Virus record (IMG/VR): IMGVR_UViG_3300017963_000273
Coordinates: 3,987 to 67,986 of that record
DNA length: 64,000 nt
Direction: 5' to 3' (one strand)
From: a virus
Position 1 is the stretch's first letter. Every line of letters starts with the position of its first letter. The position numbers were made by a program, and so were the translations under genes. Of the stretch, positions 1 to 6,531 are shown piece by piece. The notes under the pieces are model-generated. The model was not told the DNA's origin, did not search any database, and saw nothing but the letters and a program-made list of their open reading frames with translations.

Positions 1-96
1 AAGAATAGATTCAGTTGCATATGAAGCTGGTTTATCTTTTAGTAGGGCAATTTTTCTCTCTTTTACATCAAAGACGATATATTTCTCATCACTCAT
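1..96 (-). CDS. Partial hypothetical protein running off the left edge (MSDEKYIVFDVKERK...)
   Basis: ATG at 96 with AAGGAAAAGAG upstream; frame open to position 1. Confidence 0.5.
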   Translation of the reverse strand, partial: MSDEKYIVFDVKERKIALLKDKPASYATESIL

Positions 97-112
97 TTCT
101 CTTTTTCCTTAA

Positions 113-307
113 TTATTTAATTGTGATATCGTTTCGAGCAGCGTATTTTCTAGCACATGGAATAGAACAAAATAGTGTTCCATGGAATGTAGATTGTCCA
201 TATGTAGTTATTCCAAACATCCATGCAGAAGCTTTGCTACACCAAACGATACCAATGTTATGGTCTCTTGCAAATTTCTTTTGACAAACGTCACAAAATC
301 CTTTCAT
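113..307 (-). CDS. Small Cys-rich (Zn-ribbon-like) hypothetical protein
   Basis: CxxC ... FCSxxC motif; GGAGG RBS; downstream of late promoter 328-335. Confidence 0.6.
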   Translation of the reverse strand: MKGFCDVCQKKFARDHNIGIVWCSKASAWMFGITTYGQSTFHGTLFCSIPCARKYAARNDITIK

Positions 308-330
308 GGGAAACCTCCGCTTTGTGTTAT

Positions 331-807
331 TTATAACACAGCTTTAACGGAAGTAATCGCCTTTCCTAAGAGGTTCTGACCTGGCCATTTATCTGGATCA
401 ACTTGTTGTGCATTAGCTTCATCTAAACCAATTCCCCATACTGCATCGTATGGACTAGCTTCAACAAGAATTCTATCTTCTGTCGCCATTAATGCTTCTT
501 TAGCATCTTCATTCTGAGTAAATTTAAGCATATTAGCAGTAAATACAATTTCGTATTTAACCGCGTCCCATACTTTATCATCAAAATTCTTTACTTGACG
601 TCCAAGTTTCTTTTGATCACGTGGATTAAGAGTTGTTAAAACTTTCGCAGCAGTTTCTTCATCTTTAAAAACCATTGCTTTCTTATACATCATGTATTGT
701 TCACAACAATTAAAACGTATACCATGATCATCTACCATTGGAAATTTAGCCCATTGTGAAAATGGTCCATTCCAGAAAAACTCATAATTAGAGTAATTCG
801 GATTCAT
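331..807 (-). CDS. NADAR (YbiA/DUF1768) family N-glycosidase / ADP-ribosyl hydrolase
   Basis: FSQW, EQYMMYKKA, KxLGRxVxNFD, KFTQN, LVEASPYDxxWGIG and GQNLLG motifs. Confidence 0.93.
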   Translation of the reverse strand: MNPNYSNYEFFWNGPFSQWAKFPMVDDHGIRFNCCEQYMMYKKAMVFKDEETAAKVLTTLNPRDQKKLGRQVKNFDDKVWDAVKYEIVFTANMLKFTQNEDAKEALMATEDRILVEASPYDAVWGIGLDEANAQQVDPDKWPGQNLLGKAITSVKAVL

Positions 808-1171
808 AATTTTCTCCTTTAAATACTTCTTTCACTATATCCCAAAAATCCCCATCTTGCATAAGTGCGCCGACGGGGAAACGGGTTTCTTGATCATCAT
901 CAGGTCCAACTGATATAAAGTCTAAATCCTTTATATGATAATCAAATTTCTCAAAATCTTCTATTGTCTCTATAATACCATCAAATAAATTATTTGGTAC
1001 TAAATCAACAACTGCTATTGAAAATTCAGACAATTTGAGACGGTCTTTATAAACTCCTTCAGCTATTGGAATACCAACGCCTAATTCACATTCGTAATTT
1101 TCATCCAATAACCATAAGACAACGTAATCGCTATCTTCTTCCATTCTTGTTACAATTGCTAATTGTTTCAT
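788..1171 (-). CDS. Acidic hypothetical protein
   Basis: ORF with AAGGA RBS; overlaps the next gene. Confidence 0.7.
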   Translation of the reverse strand: MKQLAIVTRMEEDSDYVVLWLLDENYECELGVGIPIAEGVYKDRLKLSEFSIAVVDLVPNNLFDGIIETIEDFEKFDYHIKDLDFISVGPDDDQETRFPVGALMQDGDFWDIVKEVFKGENYESELL

Positions 1172-1186
1172 ACTTTCCTTAAAAGT

Positions 1187-1262
1187 TGGAGCCCAAGGAC
1201 GGCATCGAACCGACGACCTTCCCCTTACGAGGGGGTGACTCTGCCAACTGAGCTACTCGGGC
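1187..1262 (-). tRNA. tRNA-Thr(CGT)
   Basis: GCCCGAG..CTTGGGC acceptor, CT-CGT-AA loop, GGTTCGAT T-arm, encoded CCA. Confidence 0.9.
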
Positions 1263-1495
1263 TTTGCAAATATCCAATTAAATAATCTTTTATACCAAGG
1301 CTTTCTTAATTTAACCAAGTCTTTTTCAACTGATTCAGTTAAACAAGTTAAAATTCCTTTTTGAATAAACTTAGTCATAGCTTCATTATCTAATTCAACA
1401 GTCATAGTTGCTGAACCATCATCATTTTCTTCAATTTTACCAACTATATCAATTTTCATAATATTAGTCCCATAGATGTTGGAAATATTCTCCAA
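1253..1495 (-). CDS. Hypothetical protein (start probably at MKIDIV); stop overlaps tRNA-Thr
   Basis: ENDDGSATMTVELD motif typical of small phage proteins. Confidence 0.65.
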   Translation of the reverse strand: MENISNIYGTNIMKIDIVGKIEENDDGSATMTVELDNEAMTKFIQKGILTCLTESVEKDLVKLRKPWYKRLFNWIFAKPE

Positions 1496-1871
1496 AGAGT
1501 TTAAGACCTTCTTCTATTTTTAATTGTTTTTCTTTATCAATAGTTGCACAATCATCGATAATGTATTCAAATGCTAGTAACATTTTATCAATGATTTTAT
1601 TCCATTTCTTAGGTGTAAGATTTGATGGATAACCATGTTTAATTTTTTTAAGACGTTTTAAACGAGGATATACAAAAATTGCAATGGACATATCTAGATT
1701 CCACAATTCAGAATCAGAAAATCCTCGTTCTTCTAATTGTTCTTTGTTTCTCTTATAATTCTTACGAATTAATTTACTATCACCATTTGGATCAACATCT
1801 TCATCAAAACAAGCAACCTTAGTAGCACGATATTCATAATATGGTTCGTACTTAAATTTCTCTTTTGCCAT
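1464..1871 (-). CDS. Conserved phage hypothetical protein
   Basis: ELWNLD..IAIFVYPRL..HGYP..W..IIDKM..AF..EGLKLFGEYFQHLWD pattern. Confidence 0.75.
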   Translation of the reverse strand: MAKEKFKYEPYYEYRATKVACFDEDVDPNGDSKLIRKNYKRNKEQLEERGFSDSELWNLDMSIAIFVYPRLKRLKKIKHGYPSNLTPKKWNKIIDKMLLAFEYIIDDCATIDKEKQLKIEEGLKLFGEYFQHLWD

Positions 1872-2205
1872 TTACTATACCTAATTTTTTTTTCATATCT
1901 TTCCAAGAAATTTGTTTTGGAAAGTCAATTAATTCAGGTTTCTTTGGAAACATACTTTCAACTTGTCTCTTTGTTGGTATATATCCAAAATCTCTTATAA
2001 GATGAATTTTAGCAGCTTCAACTGCTTCATCACCCCACATTTCTCTAATTTCTTCTAAAGCTTCATCGTGATGACGCCAACGACGATGATTTATATTAAG
2101 CTGACCATCAATACATGAAAGACCATCAAGCCAGGCATGAACTTCATTCCAATCCTTGCCTAGCTTTTCCATACAATCTTCACAATGTATTTTACGAGTT
2201 GCCAT
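1852..2205 (-). CDS. His-rich putative metal-binding protein (DUF6915-like); start re-set to MATRKIH
   Basis: H..VHAWLD..HRRWRHH..IHLIRDFG pattern; the longer ORF-track N-terminus overlaps the upstream gene. Confidence 0.65.
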   Translation of the reverse strand: MATRKIHCEDCMEKLGKDWNEVHAWLDGLSCIDGQLNINHRRWRHHDEALEEIREMWGDEAVEAAKIHLIRDFGYIPTKRQVESMFPKKPELIDFPKQISWKDMKKKLGIVNGKREI

Positions 2206-2392
2206 TTCTATATTGTGTTTTTCGATGTAATTTCCAACTAAAATGATTTTTCCATCTACTAGCTTTACTATTACATCCTCTATTAGGTCTACATCTTGAA
2301 CAAAAACCGTGAATATTACCAAGATAATTATATCTGATTTTTGTATAAACAGAACTATTAGTTGTTGTTTCTAATTCTTTCTTTAGTTTCAT
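2192..2392 (-). CDS. Small basic CxxC protein
   Basis: CSRCRPNRGCN..SWK..RKTQYR; AAGGAG RBS. Confidence 0.7.
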   Translation of the reverse strand: MKLKKELETTTNSSVYTKIRYNYLGNIHGFCSRCRPNRGCNSKASRWKNHFSWKLHRKTQYRNGNS

Positions 2393-2444
2393 GATTAGGC
2401 TCCTTTATTAACCTAATCATGACCCTCCTTAATAAGAATATAGT

Positions 2445-2693
2445 TCATGCTATATCCTCCAATTGAGATTGAAATGATACATCAGCTTTACGTTCTTGCA
2501 TAGTTTTTTCATTAAACCATTTACGTGCGTTTCCACACATAGCACAAGAACATCGCTTTCTTGTATGTGTCATTAGATGTAATTGAGATTCGTATGTCTC
2601 TTTATCGTAGTGTTCATCCATACATTGTTCTTGAATTTTAAGAACACGTCTGGCTTTAATGCGACCTTTATAAAGTCTTTGCGGTCTACTCAT
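2445..2693 (-). CDS. Small basic Zn-binding protein (CSCxxCGNxRK type)
   Basis: CSCAMCGNARKWFNEKTMQERKAD; GAGGT RBS; directly after a promoter. Confidence 0.75.
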   Translation of the reverse strand: MSRPQRLYKGRIKARRVLKIQEQCMDEHYDKETYESQLHLMTHTRKRCSCAMCGNARKWFNEKTMQERKADVSFQSQLEDIA

Positions 2694-2714
2694 AATAATT
2701 ACCTCTACTTAATA

Positions 2715-2744
2715 ATAAATAAACTAGATTTTTTCAAAGTAAAC
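2715..2744 (-). promoter_or_regulatory. Early-type promoter GTTTAC-N16-TTATTT
   Basis: Same consensus at 19546(-), 24292(+), 30080(-), 30667(+), 38881(+), 47334(+); resembles the T4 early -35 GTTTAC. Confidence 0.7.
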
Positions 2745-2761
2745 TCAGAAGATTAAAAAAA

Positions 2762-2837
2762 TGGAGCCCAAGATCGGATTTGAACCGACATCCTCTATCT
2801 TACCAAGATAGCGCTCAGCCAATTGAGCTACATGGGC
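2762..2837 (-). tRNA. tRNA-Thr(GGT)
   Basis: Cloverleaf with CTATC-TT-GGT-AA-GATAG and CCA. Confidence 0.92.
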
Positions 2838-2840
2838 ATT

Positions 2841-2929
2841 TGGTACACCTGGTAGGATTTGAACCTACGAATTCCTTTCGGCCCTCTCGGTGTAAACGAG
2901 ACGCTCTAACCAGACTGAGCTACAGGTGC
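2841..2929 (-). tRNA. tRNA-Val(TAC) with non-canonical long variable arm
   Basis: TCTCG-TT-TAC-AC-CGAGA; 16-nt V region GGGCCGAAAGGAATTC; CCA. Confidence 0.88.
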
Positions 2930-2972
2930 AACTAAGTGAAAGTTTTTAATTTAGGATATACTTTCAAACCTC

Positions 2973-3047
2973 TGGTACATCGAGTGGGATTCGAACCCAC
3001 AATCTTCTGCGTGTCGAGCAGACGTCTAGCCGTTAGACTTTCGATGC
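2973..3047 (-). tRNA. tRNA-Val(GAC)
   Basis: TCTGC-TC-GAC-AC-GCAGA, GTGGGTTCGAATCCCAC T-arm, CCA; A at position 8. Confidence 0.88.
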
Positions 3048-3049
3048 AA

Positions 3050-3295
3050 TTATAAATCTTTAATTTCTCTTCTAAGCAATTCTTTTTGTTTTGCTCTAAA
3101 ACTTTTCTTATAAGGTCTATCAACTTTCTTACGTTGATAATTTTTATTACCAATCATTTCATCAGGACTCCAAGTCCCGATAGAACCTTTAGATTTTTTA
3201 TACTTATTACGATGTTTTGAACAAGCATTTCCACGCCAATTCTTACGAAGTGATTCTTCGTCATTACATTCACCGGTTTTAGTAAAAGGTTTCAT
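3050..3295 (-). CDS. Small basic hypothetical protein inside tRNA array 1
   Basis: ORF with AAGGA RBS exactly fills the gap between tRNAs. Confidence 0.7.
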   Translation of the reverse strand: MKPFTKTGECNDEESLRKNWRGNACSKHRNKYKKSKGSIGTWSPDEMIGNKNYQRKKVDRPYKKSFRAKQKELLRREIKDL

Positions 3296-3312
3296 TATGT
3301 TTCCTTAAATTT

Positions 3313-3399
3313 TGGAAGCGCGAACGGGGGTCGAACCCGCAAGCCCCTAGAGGCACCTGAGTGAAAGTCAGATTGCTTTACCATTTCGCATACCGCGCC
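3313..3399 (-). tRNA. tRNA-Glu(TTC) with class-II-like body (long V arm)
   Basis: TCTGA-CT-TTC-AC-TCAGG; V arm GCCT-CTAG-GGGC; U73; CCA. Confidence 0.85.
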
Positions 3400-3411
3400 A
3401 GTTAAAATTAT

Positions 3412-3488
3412 TGGCGAGCCTGAACGGATTCGAACCGTCAATCGCCCGGGAGACAGCCGGGTGCATTAGCCAATTATGCTACAAGCCC
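3412..3488 (-). tRNA. tRNA-Asp(GTC), U37 variant
   Basis: CCCGG-CT-GTC-TC-CCGGG, G73, CCA. Confidence 0.9.
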
Positions 3489-3493
3489 ATATT

Positions 3494-3570
3494 TGGCGGA
3501 ACTGACGGGACTCGAACCCGCGACCTCTGCAGTGACAGTGCAGCGTTCTTGCCAGCTGAACTACAGCTCC
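3494..3570 (-). tRNA. tRNA-Asp(GTC), canonical
   Basis: CTGCA-CT-GTC-AC-TGCAG, G73, CCA. Confidence 0.95.
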
Positions 3571-3578
3571 ACTAAAAT

Positions 3579-3653
3579 TGGTGACCCGACGGAGGATCGA
3601 ACTCCGATTGCATGGATGAAAACCATGTGTCCTAGCCATTAGACGACCGGGCC
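3579..3653 (-). tRNA. tRNA-Glu(TTC), canonical
   Basis: CATGG-TT-TTC-AT-CCATG, CCA. Confidence 0.93.
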
Positions 3654-3709
3654 ATTACATCACGTTTCTTTTAGAGTTGTCACGTGATCAACCAATCTCA
3701 AATTCTTAT

Positions 3710-4009
3710 TTAGATTTTAGTATAGAAATAACGTTCCTCGAAAATTCCATACCGACGATCTAAATGATTGATGATACTCTCCTTGTCGTCCTCGTCCAAG
3801 AAAGACTCACCAATATCGCTCCTCTCAATTTCATTTTCCTTTCCGCACCAAACTCTCCATCGTTTCCCACGCCCGGAGATTGGCCAGATTTCTTCATGCA
3901 CATATTCAAGCGGGTTGTCATTAATATGAATGACTTTACTAGAAACCACGCCATACGAATCAACAATACCGAGTATACACTCGATGCTTGGATCCATGTT
4001 GTTTTTCAT
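3710..4009 (-). CDS. Hypothetical protein inside tRNA array 1
   Basis: Co-oriented ORF with GAAGGA RBS filling an inter-tRNA gap. Confidence 0.65.
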   Translation of the reverse strand: MKNNMDPSIECILGIVDSYGVVSSKVIHINDNPLEYVHEEIWPISGRGKRWRVWCGKENEIERSDIGESFLDEDDKESIINHLDRRYGIFEERYFYTKI

Positions 4010-4036
4010 TCCTTCTATTTAGGGTTAAAGGTAAAT

Positions 4037-4112
4037 TGGAGCCCATAAACGGAGTCGAACCGATATTCCTGGATTACAAAACCAGTGCCTTAAGCCATTA
4101 GACGATACGGGC
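4037..4112 (-). tRNA. tRNA-Thr(TGT)
   Basis: CTGGT-TT-TGT-AA-TCCAG, GCCCGTA/TATGGGC acceptor, CCA. Confidence 0.88.
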
Positions 4113-4139
4113 TAATAAAAATTATATTTTCAAAGATCT

Positions 4140-4523
4140 TTACAAAAGTTTTAAGTCTTTTGTAATTTTATCAATCTTTTCAGATTGAGCAGGACCAATA
4201 GCTACACATGTTGCTGTTGGTACTCCATTAAATTCTGTTTTACCAGAATCTACAATTAAAGCAAATGGTAAATCTGCTTTATGAGCTTTAGTTCTAATAT
4301 GATATAGTTCAGATTCGCTATCAACTGAAACACATATTTTAGTAAAAGCACCTTCTTTCCATTCCCTCATTTCTTTTGAGAGCCAGATTAAATAAAGTCC
4401 TTTGAAAAAACTTTTCTTAAATCTGTCGAAGAAAACTTTTAAAGATGCATGTGCTACTTGAGCTGCAATCTTACCTTTTCTCATCTTTAGATCCTTACGG
4501 ACCACAATAACCTGTTTTACCAT
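4140..4523 (-). CDS. pth2: Peptidyl-tRNA hydrolase, Pth2 type
   Basis: KQVIVVRKDLKMRKGKIAAQVAHAS, KICVSV, DSGKTEF, TCVAIGP, IDKITKDLKLL. Confidence 0.95.
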   Translation of the reverse strand: MVKQVIVVRKDLKMRKGKIAAQVAHASLKVFFDRFKKSFFKGLYLIWLSKEMREWKEGAFTKICVSVDSESELYHIRTKAHKADLPFALIVDSGKTEFNGVPTATCVAIGPAQSEKIDKITKDLKLL

Positions 4524-4544
4524 TCCTCAATTTCCGTTTTAATT

Positions 4545-4620
4545 TGGTCTCTAAGGCCGGAATTGAACCGCGCACCTCCTGGGTCACAACCAGATATGCA
4601 TCCTTTACACCACCTAGAGC
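4545..4620 (-). tRNA. tRNA-His(GTG) with G-1 opposite A73 and a bulged T-stem
   Basis: TCTGG-TT-GTG-AC-CCAGG; CCA. Confidence 0.82.
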
Positions 4621-4698
4621 TGGTTGGCCGGGTGGGATTTGAACCCACGTAAACTTGTTTATCAGACAAGCTTCAGGACCAGACTCGAATACCGACCA
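4621..4698 (-). tRNA. tRNA-Ile(GAT), first tRNA of array 1
   Basis: CTTGT-CT-GAT-AA-ACAAG, A73, CCA. Confidence 0.9.
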
Positions 4699-4718
4699 AT
4701 CTTGAAAATTAATGCAAT

Positions 4719-4752
4719 AAAAAAGGTGACCGTCTTTATGATGATCACCTCT
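4719..4752 (-). terminator. Attenuator terminator of tRNA array 1
   Basis: GAGGTGATC..GGTCACCTT hairpin plus U6, 20 nt before the first tRNA. Confidence 0.85.
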
Positions 4753-4780
4753 AAAAAATTTATATCTTTAAAATCTATTT

Positions 4781-4876
4781 CTATAGAAGTGATCGATGCA
4801 TGGAATCAGTATCCACGATATCATGATCGTGTTCTACTGTTTCAATAATTGTAGTGGTTGTATTAACTACTAGCAT
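4781..4876 (-). CDS. Leader peptide 1, MLVVNTTTTIIETVEHDHDIVDTDSMHRSLL (31 aa)
   Basis: AGGAG RBS; 21 of residues 3-24 are V/T/I/E/H/D, the amino acids of the downstream tRNAs; 3' end complementary to the terminator arm. Confidence 0.88.
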   Translation of the reverse strand: MLVVNTTTTIIETVEHDHDIVDTDSMHRSLL

Positions 4877-4896
4877 CTTTCGCTCCTATTTGTATT

Positions 4897-4971
4897 TTCT
4901 TAAGTTTATTTATAACTTTTCAATTATTTTTTCGTTGTTATAATATAACCTAAAAACTATAAAAGTATAGT
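4897..4971 (-). promoter_or_regulatory. 75-bp tRNA-array promoter, copy 1 (early-like CTATAC-N16-TTATAT plus late TATAAATA)
   Basis: Identical to 44435-44509. Confidence 0.85.
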
Positions 4972-4992
4972 TGTTTGATTAAAATTTTTAAA

Positions 4993-5343
4993 TTAATTAT
5001 TTTCAGCTTTTGCCTTCATAATATTATAAAAATTTTCAAACTCATATAATAAACGTACTAAATCTGTTTGATGTTCTTCTATCGGTCGTAATGCTTCATC
5101 AAAAGTATCAGTACCATGATAGAAAAAATCACCATCTTGATCATATTCTATAATTCTTTTAATCTTACTTTCGTTTTCTTTAATAAAATCTAATAATTCA
5201 GTTACTGCTGTATCAAAATTAGAATTTAATCTTGTTAGTTCAGCAATATCTAAATCATCTGTTATTTTTTTAACTATTTGGTTACGTGAAGGTCTTTTAA
5301 AAGCTTCACGTATTGTTTTTAGTTGTTTTTCAAAATTACTCAT
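4993..5343 (-). CDS. EAFK-family putative internal head protein; start re-set to MSNFEK
   Basis: N-terminus MSNFEKQLKTIRE-AFK shared with six other ORFs. Confidence 0.65.
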   Translation of the reverse strand: MSNFEKQLKTIREAFKRPSRNQIVKKITDDLDIAELTRLNSNFDTAVTELLDFIKENESKIKRIIEYDQDGDFFYHGTDTFDEALRPIEEHQTDLVRLLYEFENFYNIMKAKAENN

Positions 5344-6073
5344 CTTTATTATCCTTTCGAGCAGTAGCTTCTTTATACCATTGTGCGTATGTTTTCGCGC
5401 GATCTTTAGCTGGACCATCATCCTTTTTTAAATCAGCACGAATAGTATCATTATTTCTAAATTCTTTCCAAAGTGTTTTAAGATCAGTATGATCTTTTCT
5501 AACTAATTTCCTAAAATTTGGCATTGCATTAACACCATATCTGTAACTTGCATCTAATAACCATTTTTGAACAGTTGGATGCATTTCTTCATATTCTGGA
5601 TAACGAGCTTCAAGTTCTTTAACTTTCTTAGCAACCATAATTCTAAGAAGAACTCCTGCTAATTTTTCATCAACAGTTGCTCTTCCAGTTTTTAATTGTT
5701 CCCAATTAGTACCATAAGCTTTTAAGATAGGATCCATCCAAGATGAATAATGTGTACCATGACCAATTGCAAAACCAGTACGATCATGTCTTGGAGATTT
5801 ATCTATACCTTCCCATTCTTTTAGCTTAAGAATATATTCTCCAAGCCAATTATAAGTTTGTTGTACAGCTTTCTTTTTAGGTTCTTCTTTAGGTGCTTCA
5901 ATTGTTTGAATTTTCTGATTAGGAGTTTTAGTTTGTATACAATCTTTATCTCCTTTTTTACAACTAGCTCCACTTATTGTTAATCCAGTTGCTAACGCTC
6001 CAGCAGCTAATTTTTTAGCAATTCCAGCTTCATCAATAAGATGTAATTTTTCATATAATTTTTGATATTTCAT
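5336..6073 (-). CDS. Lysozyme-like (GH24-type) muramidase with N-terminal targeting/hydrophobic segment
   Basis: LKEWEG..DRTG.AIGHG resembles the phage lysozyme E..D..T/IGxG motif; next to baseplate genes. Confidence 0.6.
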   Translation of the reverse strand: MKYQKLYEKLHLIDEAGIAKKLAAGALATGLTISGASCKKGDKDCIQTKTPNQKIQTIEAPKEEPKKKAVQQTYNWLGEYILKLKEWEGIDKSPRHDRTGFAIGHGTHYSSWMDPILKAYGTNWEQLKTGRATVDEKLAGVLLRIMVAKKVKELEARYPEYEEMHPTVQKWLLDASYRYGVNAMPNFRKLVRKDHTDLKTLWKEFRNNDTIRADLKKDDGPAKDRAKTYAQWYKEATARKDNKDE

Positions 6074-6075
6074 TA

Positions 6076-6510
6076 TTAGGCCGATGGTAGTATATAATTA
6101 TAAGTTATTGAGTTAATATTAAGTGTTGGAACATTAACTTCTATTTCTACGTAATATTCATTAGAATCTTCATCAGGAAAAACATTAACAGAAACAATTC
6201 TAACACGTGGTTCCCATGTGTTAATTGCATTTTTAATTGATGCACCAATTGAACGAGCAGTTTCATCTGTTATTGGTTCATACATATAATCATTGAGTGG
6301 ATTACCAAATTCAGGATTAAGTATTCGTTCACCTTTTCTCCAGTTAAAAATATTTCTTAAGCTATTTCTTATAGCATCAAGATCAAAGTTAGCTTGAAGA
6401 TCAAAGTTAGCTGAATCTTTAACAATTGGAATATCAATATCTTTAAAGCGCCAATTCTTTGATTTACTTTCTTCTTGTGCAAATGCTGCATTAAACGTTA
6501 TTGAGCCCAT
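6076..6510 (-). CDS. Baseplate wedge subunit, gp25-like
   Basis: AIRNSLRNIF..KGERILNPEFG..YEP..WEPRV. Confidence 0.93.
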   Translation of the reverse strand: MGSITFNAAFAQEESKSKNWRFKDIDIPIVKDSANFDLQANFDLDAIRNSLRNIFNWRKGERILNPEFGNPLNDYMYEPITDETARSIGASIKNAINTWEPRVRIVSVNVFPDEDSNEYYVEIEVNVPTLNINSITYNYILPSA

Positions 6511-6531
6511 ATTAACCTCTTTTCCTTATAT

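Noticed and set aside
2932-3153. ORF-track 73-aa ORF; likewise 4624..4848, 41699..42112, 43185..43382, 43386..43670, 43800..44063
   Set aside because: They overlap tRNA or structured-RNA genes, in sense or antisense; their sequences are tRNA translation artefacts.
4719-4890. T-box riboswitch explanation for the tRNA leaders
   Set aside because: No T-box bulge consensus (UGGNACC) or stem I; an RBS-led ORF with matched codons explains the region better.
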